Assembly: GCA_964036045.1 (NCBI GenBank)
Contig: OZ038378.1
Location: 7,688,001-7,752,000 of the forward strand
Direction: 5' to 3'
DNA length: 64,000 bases
Origin: Eutreptiella sp. 'Long Island Sound 2002'
Taxonomy: Eukaryota; Protista; Euglenida
The notes under the pieces were generated by a model. That model made no database searches. It had not been told where the DNA came from and saw nothing but the letters and a program-made list of their open reading frames with translations. Both the position numbers and the translations under genes were made by a program. Of this stretch, positions 12,701-23,700 are shown piece by piece. Numbering within the stretch: the stretch's first letter is position 1; every line of letters starts with the position of its first letter.

Positions 12701-14430
12701 TTCATGCTGCTGCTAGTGTGACCCGAGTACATAATAAGCAAGCTGCACTACGTTTGCTATAACCTATACTCTACATACATGTTTATCCCCCCATTCACGC
12801 CACCTATCCCACAAAACCTTGCCCGTATGCTGCGTGAATGACACCAATACATGCATTCAGCCACAAATCATTCACTAAGTCAGTGCAACCTCATACCTCC
12901 TCCTCAGCAATCTAAACAAGTTCTCTTGGATAAGAGACTGCCGACAATGCATCACACCCCAAACCTCTTTCGCTATAATGTAGCGTTGCAACTTGGTATA
13001 TCGATGAATAATTGCAATCGATAGCATTTCTTACCCTCATCCTTCCAAAACAATTTAGCCTTGAGACACATCCGCAACCAACAAATCTTGGCCCAATTGC
13101 TGCTGACTCCGTGTACGCAATCAAGAATTGCAATTGCTAGCATGTTGCACCATCACCCTCCCATGAGACTTCAGCCCTCCGGGGCACCGATAGCTAAGTG
13201 GGCGATCCACACCATGCAAGCTACCATTAGCTAAGTAACATTTCCGAATGGACACAAGTCTTCGCGTGAACATAGTGAAAAAAAAAACAAAAAAACAGAC
13301 AAGTCGAATATATCTTTTCAAACCGAGTATGTACATTAATGGTCTACTTGCGTATCATTTTCAATGCACTAACCTTCTCAGCACAAACGCTTCAACGGTG
13401 TTGCTTCTGAATGAGAACCCTTGCCGCAGAAACCCGCACGACCAGCATATATTCCGTGTTTGCAATGTTCTCGTACCCTTCTTACAGCTACATTATTCCA
13501 TTGTAATGGTCCTTTGCAATACCACATTCTTTTCTAGTGCAATTACACCAAAACAAACATATTGGGCAATACTCAAACAACCAATTCCATCCAATAGACT
13601 TTTGAAGGAATTGTATTTGAGTTCCGCGTGTGCTAATCTTCACGGGGCATACATATTCACCACGCAAGAAACATCTACACGGCTGTTATGAGCCTCCCAA
13701 CGAAGAACATATCGCAGATTCTTGAAGACAAGGAGCCATACACTTTCACAGTACGTGAACACTTTGCACCCTACCAACGACCTCCACCCTAACAAATATG
13801 AAAAAAACAGTTTATTTTTTTTTGCAACATACATGCGACTATCTCATTGACTCAACCTCACATCAGAGCATCGTATGATCTTTCTTTAGCATGAAACCAA
13901 CAGGGCTTAAGCGCAAAAATACATGTAAAGCCAAAAAGTCCACTTGCTTAGATGGGCAACGGGAGGCTTAGAGGGATTCCGCTACGCAAGCCTCCCAAGG
14001 CTCAGTGTCACCCATCATCACCCATAGAGACATGCATTGTAAAGTTTGAGGGACCTGCGAAACGTTTTGGGGAAAGGCAGTCCACTTCTAGAGGTAGGCC
14101 TAGCTCGTGCATCATAACACATCCAAAGAAACCACCACTTAATTCCTATAGATTGAGATAAACAGTATGTTCTATGAATGACCTCAAATGTATGTAAGCC
14201 CCCACAGCCCAGGTGCATGCTTTAGATAGAACATGATGCATAAGTACTGCATCTAGCATACCTCTTGAAGGGTGATCACCGCTTTGACGGTAAAAAATTA
14301 TAACGTTCACCACCCTGCCGAACACCATCAAATGAAATACAAATACGCCTGAAGTTATCGAGCCCCCCGTGGACAAATGGAAACTCCGACTAGCCAACAA
14401 TGTAATCAAAAAGCAACAGGAAGATATGTG
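9790..14430. repeat. Diverged ~1.8-kb tandem duplication (copy 1 ~9790-12560 including a MITE; copy 2 ~12630-14430)
   Basis: Collinear shared anchors: GTGACCCGAGTACATAA (9880/12719), CCAAACCTCTTTCGCTATAAT (10121/12959), GATAGCTAAGTGGGCGATCCACACCATG (10352/13189), TTGAAGACAAGGAGCCA (10771/13721), TCATTGACTCAACCTC (11880/13845) and CTAGAGGTAGGCCTAG (12134/14088). Confidence 0.88.
10795..11784. mobile_element. Non-autonomous TIR element (MITE), 990 bp, with a 3-bp TSD CTT; PIF/Harbinger (Tourist)-like
   Basis: The left end GGGAGGTCGGAAAAAGGTTTGCGGTGGGTGGGGGGGTCATTCGAGCC is an imperfect inverted repeat of the right end GGCTCGAACGACCCCCGCCCCCCGTAAACCTTCCCCCCCCCACCC. The paralogous empty site at ~13740 (ATACACTTTCACAGTACGTGAAC) shows that CTT was duplicated on insertion. 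Confidence 0.85.
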
Positions 14431-14499
14431 AAAATACCACATCCAAACTATGTCGGCAAGCAGCGGGATATTATTGTGTAGAGATCGCCAGCCGCGTCC

Positions 14500-17400
14500 A
14501 CGACGATATTGATGCTACCCCGTTGATTTCATTTCCTTTTCGGGGTAGTGATCAGCCGCCTTCGCTTGGTCATGCCCGGCCTTGTTTGCCGGAAACATAC
14601 TAGCGTACATTGCCAGCAACCAATCCATCCGGCCACAACAACGCCTGCTCGCGAGAGACGTGTTACTATTCTCTTGTGCTTGCCTGCGCTCCACATTCTC
14701 ATAATATGCAAAGGATGTTTCGTAGGGCCAGTTCTCTTGCTGAAGTAGGTACACCGACATGTGTCCCTCCGTGGCAGAGGCAGGTTGACGCTTGTACAGC
14801 AAGGCCGCGAAAGGACCTAGTGCAGATGCACAGGCAATAGTAGCGGATCCACTTTGCCTCCGCCTTGGTTGAGCAAGTCAGCTTGCTCCAACCAAACATC
14901 AAATACGGCAAGGTCAACGTTTGGCCGCACTAATAAGAAGTTGAGCACCTGCTCCTCATAGGACAGGAGCCATACCTTCGCCAGATTCTGCACCCGCGTG
15001 ATCAGCATCTATAACATGCCACAGCCCCACGTTCGGTGACCAGGCTCCGTGGAAAACTCCGTCGCAATTGCACAAAGCGTCATCGCGACCCGCATGTGTA
15101 GTGTCTAGCATTCGGCAAGACCAAGGGGATCTGCGTGCGGGTGATGCCGCCCCTCAGGCCCAAGTTGGCCTCCGACTCTTCTGGACGGATGTGCACCGCC
15201 TTGCTCCACCGAATGGGATGCGTGAATTGCACCTCTACCCATTGAAGACCACGCTCCAGATCAGTCTCAAATCCCGTCTCCGGTCCAATCGCACCTTTTA
15301 CGTGTGCTGTCTCAACATCCTGGTTGCGCCCGCGATACATCAATTGCAACCCCTTCCACACACTTAAGACTCTTGGAATCGGTATGTGAATCCAAAATGG
15401 ACCCTGCCTGGCTACAATGCTTCTCCGTAAGCTCACACACTTCATAATGCTCGACCTTCCTCATGATGCTTGACCTTCCGGTCTGGACAATGGGACACCC
15501 CCTTCTTCTTTGGTATCTGTGCTGCCCGCTGCTTGTTATACTGTGCAACCTGCTTTTTGTGGGCAAAAAAGCTGGCTACGCCCACGGCGTACGGCGGCAC
15601 TTCGCCAGGGTGGCAATGCAGCAGCACAAGATCCTTGAATAGCCTGATCTCTTCGCTCGTGGGTGTGGTCTTCCGGAGGATGTCGGCCGCCACCACGGAC
15701 GGCAAGGAATGCGAATTTTGCTATGAACTGCGTCCAGACGCCCAAAGCGCGTGCCAAGTCTAGGACGGCCTTTGATGAGGTGTGACTTTCTTTCACCTAC
15801 CGGGCCCGTGACAAGCACCCGATAGCTATAGCACCTCACAACTGATGCACTAGCTTGCGACATCTCCTTTGCGCCGGCATCACGCTCGTTTCCCGGAGGA
15901 CGTGTGGTCGGTCTACACCGCAGCTGTGGACTCTCATATGTTCATCCCTCGTAGCATGTGTCATTGCAGAGTCATGCACGGCAGGATGTGCACGGACCAA
16001 AAATCCATCAACATCTTGTTCAGTGCCACGTGCATTCGCCGCCTCTCGCATGCGATGCGACTCCTCGCCAGCATGAAGTGCCCTCTCTTGCATGGACGCT
16101 TAAAACTTGGGGTACCGCTTCAGGTGCTCCCCAATGAGTTCACTCTCCGACACACGATAGTAGCGCTCTAGCGCCGTGAGTGGTAGGCCATCAGTTTGTA
16201 GCACTCTTGCAATCGCCGCTTCTGCCTTCATTGCAATGTTCCAGTTCTCGTGATAGACGATGCCCCATCGACGCAGGTCGGTAACAAAGAACCTATTCTA
16301 CACCTTAGGGATACCTCCATCTAGAACAATCCTCCTTTGGTCAAGCGACAAAGGCCCCTTGGCTACAACGTAGGCTCCGGAAAAGAACATGGCGGCCTTG
16401 TCATCGAATGCTATCTCACAAGTGACGGTAGCATGCACCAACCATCGCACCTTGTGACTTGGTGTAGTGTACTTGGTAACTCCAATTGCGCTACCTCTCT
16501 TCCAATGAGCATAGTCCGAAATCTTGTTGGGCGGATGTGGATTTTCAATCTGCCAGTGGGCACAAATAGCGGTCATTGGCTGTCGTGCCCGGAACTTGTC
16601 CACAAACACACGATTCACCAAGTGAGCATACCGCTCATGGTAGAAAAATGCCACATGTAGCCGAAGGTGCTGTCTGGAAATCCGGGCCCCCAGAGGCCAT
16701 GTGGCAAGGCTCGCTGCCAAGGCAAGGGCTTAGCGTATGGCATAGGGTCGTCGCATTGCAAGCTTGTTGTAATACGCCATAGGCACCTAACTTGCCGCAT
16801 ATAGCGTAGGTGGGCCCATGTCGTAATGTGGTGCCCTGTCTGCACACAGGCCCGAGCTTTGGGCCCGCAGCCACACCCAACACTGCCCAAGCGACGGCTA
16901 GCACTGCGACGGAAGGTGCCCAAGTCGTGAAAGGACCTCTTCCGCGTCATGCTGGCTGCCAAACACACGACCGGTGTCACTTTGCAAGGCAACGTGCGGG
17001 GCCATGTGGCGAATGCGCACATACACGGCCGCCCAATCCACCACCTCCATGACCCCCACAATGGGCTCTTGCTGCACAAGTGCCACCATTTTTGGCTCTG
17101 GTATGCATTGCCGCATTGCACCCGGATCCCTCTTCTTGTCGTGTGTCTCGGCTATCACCCGTTCTCAAAAATGACGGTTGTTCATCTCTAGGCGCGCCAC
17201 CGCCTTGTCACGTGGCACGGGGACGTATCAAGAGCCGCTCCTCTTGCCTTGTAGTGCACCAAATAGGAATCGGAGAAGTGGCCCTCGTCGCAGTGCTCGA
17301 TACAAATGTGGCACCCGCTATTATAGCGGTACAACGTCCTTTGTATCGGTATTGCCATCGGAAACTCGGCACGCAACCAGTCACATAGTTGCACCTTTCC

Positions 17401-19100
17401 CGTGACCGGATCGGCCCATGATGCACCAACCATGGCCTCCAAGTGGTCAGCAACATGTTTTGTTTGGAAAACTAATCTCAACCTTTAACAACTCTCCGAC
17501 GCAACGGCAGTGCTGCGGGAGATGACAACGGTGGGGCCCCTCACTATCCGTGCACGAACAAGTGTGCTTGTGAACTGGGTTGTCCAATTGAAGGTTCAGT
17601 AGATGCCGTTTGAGGAGGCGCATCGCCTCCTCGTGGGTGGTGATGCCAGCCTGGACGGCCGCCCGAGCTATGGCTCGTATCTCCGGGTCCCGGTCCACGA
17701 TTTTATCGTCGGTCCACAGCTTCGCATGAGTGTGCGCTAGGTTGCAGCGTACATTTCGGCCCCCTTGTCGTAACCTGGTAGTTTTTCCTATGGGCGTACA
17801 ACTGAACATTGCCGAAGCCACGCTCCTTGCCGAGCAAGATCCTATCAGAAGTTATGAGATGTTCCCTGCTCGAACAATGGATCAAGTATGGCAAATGTGC
17901 CGCGACTTGCGCATCAAGATGACGTACAATTCTCCACCAAAGCTCGCTAATCCTCGGAAGATGATCGAACGGCAATGTCATGGTAACAAAGTACGCCACA
18001 GGACTGTCTTCGCACGCATCGAGCGCTGCCAGCGCCGCCACTCTTGCTCGAGTGTCGTACGATGTCACGGGAAGACCCGGCAGCACTTCGTCTCCGAAGC
18101 GTGCACTCAACTCTTTTACGCTCTCCTTGTGGTGCAATGCCCCACGAAGGACGCGTCTCACGTACGTAGCACTCATCCCGCTCTCCATACAACGGCAGCA
18201 TAGGATACTGCAGTAATACGAGCACATGACGGGATCGTAGACCTCGGCTCCCTTGAGCCCAAGCATCTTCTTATAGATCATCCGCTCGGGGGACACCAAT
18301 TTGTCTTCTTGCGCTTTGTTAGCCACGTACAGCTTCGTGGGCATGCATCCGATGACATGGCCCCACGGCGTGCATTGAGGGTAGTGCCACGGCGCAAGAT
18401 ATGCCGGCAAATAGTCCCACAACACCTCGCCCATGTCCTGTGTCCGAGCTCGTACGCCCTCAAGCAAGTCGGACCACTTCTTGCTCTTCCGTTGTTGGGA
18501 CGATAGTATCCCGCCAGGCGCACTCCTTGTCAGCATGTGTAGTAGTCCGTACTCCAAGCGCTGCTCGCGACGACGAAGATCTTCGTCAATGTCCTCGTAC
18601 TCGGCCAACCCCGTCAAAGTGTGTGCTGTACCATGTTCTTCGCCCTCATCTCTTGCGTCCGCTTCGTCACCATGTCCAAGGTCAACAAACTGTGCCACAA
18701 CATCTGCATGATCTCCTTGCTCTGCACCGTCTATACCAGATGCTTCAACATCGAAAGGAATGTCCGAGTCGTGTGGTTGCTGTCACTGCCTACCAGGGCA
18801 AGAAAAAACCATCTAGGACCAAATTCGAGCTTACAAAACTGACACTGTGATTTGCCAGTTAACCAGAGGTAAAGACAGCTCATGCACGGGAGGGGGGGGG
18901 GGGTGCTGCGACACCCATCCTCCCAGGATGTCTGGAACGCCCCCGAGCCGTGCCACAAACGAATCATGGTAAGCAGACCGGCCGGCAATCTGCTCTGCCA
19001 GCGATCTCGGTGAAACACTCTTGCAGCCAGAGAGAGGGAGGGATCATGGTCCAGCGCAGACTTGCTGCGAGTGTGCGAGCAATGAGGCATAATTGGCAAG
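14500..19100 (-). pseudogene. Helitron-type RepHel (HUH Y2 Rep + PIF1-family helicase), frameshifted and stop-interrupted
   Basis: Rep motif I AYFVTMT (17973-17996); motif II NLAHTHAKLW (HUH, 17714-17737); HKHTCSC..HRC (~17550); motif III YLVHYKAR (YxxxY, 17242-17265). Helicase Walker A-like VTGPVGERKSHLIK (15780-15812); VVAADIL (motif Ia-like); FAHKKQVAQYN (IV, 15535-15570); TRTQIPLVL...TLH (V, ~15090-15142); GML*MLITRVQNL (VI, ~14980-15020). Order and strand match RepHel. Confidence 0.85.
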
Positions 19101-19949
19101 TGCTGACCGCTACTGAGTCAGAAATCAGATGTGAGCCGGCCTTGCTGAGTGATGAATGTAACTGAGCTTTGCAGTGTTCAGAAGCGTTTCCGGGTTGGAC
19201 GCTGGCGGCAAATCTGGTCCCGTGCAGGCCACTTCACATCGTGTCCTACAAGTGCCCCCAACTAACCACCTGATACCTTTTGCTGGAGGTTCACAACTCT
19301 TCCCTTTTCCATCCGTCCATCGAGTCAGTGCATGGGGGAGAGGAGTGCGGAGGGGAAGGGCTAGGGAAACGGCGCGGAGGTGGCTTGGGAATTGCTGCAT
19401 GGTGTTGCCGCCGCTGCTGCTGCTGCTGGTGGTGCTGCTTGTTGTTGGCAGCAAAAAAGGCGCGGTCCCATGGGCCCACACTTGAGCAAACCCGTGCTTG
19501 GGTAAGACGACAGCCCTTGCTGCGCTTGACATGTGGATGTGGACGCACGAGCCTTGGATGGACCAAATTCCACACTTTTCAAAACCTCAAGCCATGGGCA
19601 GGCACCATATTCCCACCCTCGTGGAGTTGTCTGCCATGGAACGCGTTCACGCCGTTGCTGACAACAGCCAACTTGGTTTCAGCAAAAACGGTGTTTGATC
19701 AGCATCAACACCCTAACGGACACATCATCATCTTCAGTGGCGCTTCTTGGGCAACGTTCTTCCTCATTTGCCCTATAAAGATCATCCAAAACTTCCTCGT
19801 TGATATGTTTCTAGGAGGAGATATCGGATTCATTCACGACAGCCTCATCACCATCTCCGTGTAGAGATCATTGGTCACCTTTGTCGTCCCCAAGAGCATT
19901 GATTTGAAAAGTCTTGTCGACTCAATATCAACATCAATGACCACAACAA

Positions 19950-21190
19950 TGTGTGCAGTGACAACGATGTTTGGCACGGCTGGATGCTCTTCGTTTAGTC
20001 GAGCAGTGGGAGGCCACGCTCGAGTATTTCAACGGCTTGCCTCGATGTCCTGCGCTTTTTGGAAAAGGAATTGTGGATCGTGATCATCAATTTCAAACGG
20101 ATTTGCTATGGCAATCGGTACCTCCGCATCTTGTACATCCTCCGGTGGCCTTTGCATGTCACCATTCACAACAACATCCGTCTGTACATAGAACAGCATG
20201 CTGCAAACCAACTCCTCCGGTGCATTCACGCACCGTCACGCCGTACGTAGGCAATCCACTAACCGGCCTTGGGTACCACAATGCACTGCAATGTAAGCTG
20301 CACTGTCCGGATGTTAGGGAGGGTTGCTACTCTCACCTTTGGGCCCAGTTGCACCTGACGATCCGCAACATGCGGCGCCCTGTGTCTTCCCGCGGCTTGC
20401 GGCATGCTCAAAACACGCACCGCCGTCAGGTCTAGAAGAGTGGTACATTCATGAGAAGGCTGTCGACTAATTTCACCGCGCACGTGATTCCAATGCCTGC
20501 AAGCCTTCGTCTCGCACACCATCTCGCCTAGGTGGGGCGGCGTAGGATTCTGCAGCTACCGTAGCAAGTCCGCCACACTGTCTCCACACTTTCTCCACAC
20601 ATTGCAGGGATAGGCAACTCCACAACCGCAACCTAGTTAGGGTTCTGGTCATAACGTCGCGCATTGCCGCATCGCTGCAAATTTCGCTCAACTGTGGTAG
20701 TCGTCGTCACTACATCCGCAGGTAATGATGAGCAATCACGGCGAACACATCCTCCGCGGTGATAGATGTCATGTACACAACAAAATGTGTTACTCCATCT
20801 CTAGACTGCCGGGCTTCCACAAACTTGTGCCCTTCATTGACCATGATGCCAAGTTTAACATCACGTAATTTGTGTAGAAGACCGACCGCTACCTATTCAC
20901 CACCGTCGAGCAATGAAACTACTCCTCGAATGAACTCTTCATCGCCACACGCACCGCCAAGCATGAAGTCTTGTAGTTTGTCAAGAAGAGCCGCCGATCT
21001 CGGACTACCAGAATACGCCACCACCACCACCTTGTGAATGGCAATGACCAACAAGGGGTGAACATGGTCGAGTCCCAGAATTTCCAACAAAGCTACTCGG
21101 CAAGGTTTGTTAGACAACCACACATTGCACCAAGCTTTTCAAGTAGCACGTGTTACCAACATTACCGGGGCCTGTCCGCATGTATTCGCT
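19950..21190 (-). pseudogene. Ubiquitin-specific protease (peptidase C19/USP) catalytic domain remnant
   Basis: Cys box GPGNVGNTCYLKSLVQC at 21121-21175, compared with canonical GLxNLGNTCYMNSxLQC. After a frameshift come LSNKPCRVALL, GDEEFIRGVVSLLD (QQDAxEF..LL-like), LVDCLR and NAPEELVCSML (PxVLxIxLKRF-like) in the expected order. The His box is degenerate. Confidence 0.72.
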
Positions 21191-23329
21191 TGGCGGTACA
21201 GGCACATCCTCTTCTACATTTGGTCTTACTTCCAGCCCAACGGGCACAACGTGACTCGGCACCTCGTATAACGGAAGATTGGAAGACCATTGAGTGGTTG
21301 GTGGCAACCCAATGCTTTCGCCTTGTGATGTGTCCTTCGGAGTTGCTGCAGATGTTGCTGAGGGTGGCATTGCCACTCTACCCACTGAAGTGGGTCTCTC
21401 GTAAGCAACCAGCATAGCTGTGGCAACGTTGGGATGCTCGACCTCCCTCATGTCGCGATCTGCGCATCGGTACCACCGTTTACCGTCCCATACTCTTAGG
21501 GTCGTAGCCTAATTTTGCTCCTCAACCACGTGTTCAAGGAACCCTCGGAGAAAATGTCGAACAAATTGATCCTCTCCATCAAAGGATTGTTCTAGACTCT
21601 CGGCGAGACCGACACGCAAAACACCTCGGCTGTCTTTGCTGTTCTTCTCCTGCGGATCCTATGGCGGTCTTATGGAGAGCACCAACAGCCACGTCGACAT
21701 GCGGTCTGCCAACATGGGGACTCGTTTCATATTGACACATCACCGGGTTGAATGTATTGCAAGCAGCCGTCGGACACCGCTCGCTACTCCCGTATGATCT
21801 TATGGCGTGGTGAAGCATGCCTCGAACGCACGGAGCTCTCCGCCCTGGGTGCACTAGTGGCCAAACACAACAATCCACCACTCCAACTGCCGGTTTCACA
21901 TTATCGCATCAGCACCACCTCTCCTCCGATACACTGGCCCTGGGACATTATGTACCTATATTTTCTTTGTGCATAGACCAGTGGCCCCGTTCATGTTTTT
22001 TGAAGATCTCGGTATGTTTTGACAGCATTCCACGCAACGTCGTGGCTGCCCATCTCAGTCTCGGGCTGCGCTCAGATAGCAAAGCTTGGGCTCTGCGCCT
22101 TCACGACTACACCAGCAACTCGGGTAAAGCATTCCTCGGAAAACATGTTCCATACCGTAACAACATCTATCTTAGTATCATCCACTTGCCACAAGGTAGC
22201 GTGCACCGGTCCAGCAACCAACTTCGCCCCGTCGAGTTTCCATTCAATACAAGCTTGCAAGAAGGCTCGCGGTAAAACGTTGTACTCCCTCTTAGCTAAC
22301 ACTGTTCGGCGTAGCACCAATGCCAATACCTGTTGCAATGCAGGATGTAGCTCCAAGCTCACCGGATCACCGATCATCTTGTTGGACAAGTCTAAAGGAC
22401 TCCACGTCATAATGAAGTGAACCGCGTCCGGCACAACGAACGCTACCGGCAACAAGCTATTGATGTTGCTTGTACCTTTGTCCCGATGCGACCCAATAGG
22501 CATCCGACCTTCTGGTTCCAAGTGTACCACTGCAATAGTACCGTCCTCGGTCTTCGTACATTTTTGTCCCCCCCGGGCATTCACTCACTAGAGGACCTCC
22601 GGAGCACAGCAGCCGCAACCTGCCGCACCGCTCGCTGAACCGCCAAGAACTCCTCTTTCTTCCTTCACCTCTCGGCCGCCTCCTTGAGTCGTTGCTATTC
22701 TGATGCTCAAGTTCCTCATCTGGTCCAATCAGGTACGCCTCGTCCAAGGTACCCTTCTGCTATAGCTCCCTCCACCACACACTTGGATCTGGCCGTGTAT
22801 CCACCGTGCGCGCAATCCAGCCGTGGCACGTCGGTCTAAGGATAGCAAACCCGCTGCTGACATCTAGTGATCGCGGCATCATCGAGAAGAACGACGTAGA
22901 TACCCCGCGGTTGTCCCCTCTCACCTTCAATACGCGGGACGCGAGATTCCCGGGCCGATTAGGATCCCCCTAACGCATTTCGTTACGGCCAGACCACTGA
23001 GAGAGTTGGTCCTCCCACGTCTTGAGCTGCAGTATGGCAAGTTCGATGGCGACGACCCGTGGCTGCAGCCGGCGAACTGTGTGGACCTCAGGTTCCTCGG
23101 TGTGGTATGGTTAGTAGACCTAATACTCAAGGCGTCCCGGGTGTGCTACAAGCCGGGATGCTCCGGGCAAAAGAAGCAAACGCATGCCACGAAACCACGA
23201 CCTTCACAAAGCCACACTTGGGTCAAGATAACGAATCCGTAGGAAGTACTCCACGGCTCTTGCCATCCTTCATTACCCCTTATTAGGTGGTGCCGGAAAC
23301 CCGCCTCCGCTTCATTTACGTAATTCGCC

Positions 23330-23700
23330 ATGACTCCCGTGGTTGATCCACTCAAACTCAGCATTACAAAGGATTTGCACGCCGACCACTTCTTCAGGAA
23401 ACAAGCTCATGCAACAAACACTGCACCGCGTGCTCGAGTGGCCATTGCTCTGGACTCCGAGTATGTTTATGATGGTCTGACTGAACGCATCCCGTGTTGG
23501 GAAAGGGACTCTTGGCGAACAAGGGTAGGGCCTGTTGCTCATGCAGACCTTTGGATTCAGCTGTTAGCTTGTATGCGACTTCACCAGACTTTAGTTCGCT
23601 TCTTCTGGCTCCCCTCACACATAGGAATTGACAGCAATGAAGGGGCAGATGCCCTAGCTGAGCAAGCGTGCCTTCGGCACCCTTACAATGAGCTGCGCCA
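23330..23700 (+). pseudogene. RNase HI-type domain fragment from a retroelement, inserted antisense into the Helitron-like element (insert ~22760-24010)
   Basis: VAIALDSEYVYDGLTERIPCWERDSWRTRVGPVAHADLWIQLL...VRFFWLPSHIGIDSNEGADALAEQA matches the C-terminal two-thirds of RNase HI (DS-Y, W..W, N/H-DLW, W-SH-G---NE-AD-LA). The N-terminal catalytic D/E residues are not visible. Confidence 0.85.

Noticed and set aside
20059-20250. Plus-strand IVIINFKR resembling the USP 'LKRF' motif
   Set aside because: It is on the opposite strand to the Cys box; chance resemblance.
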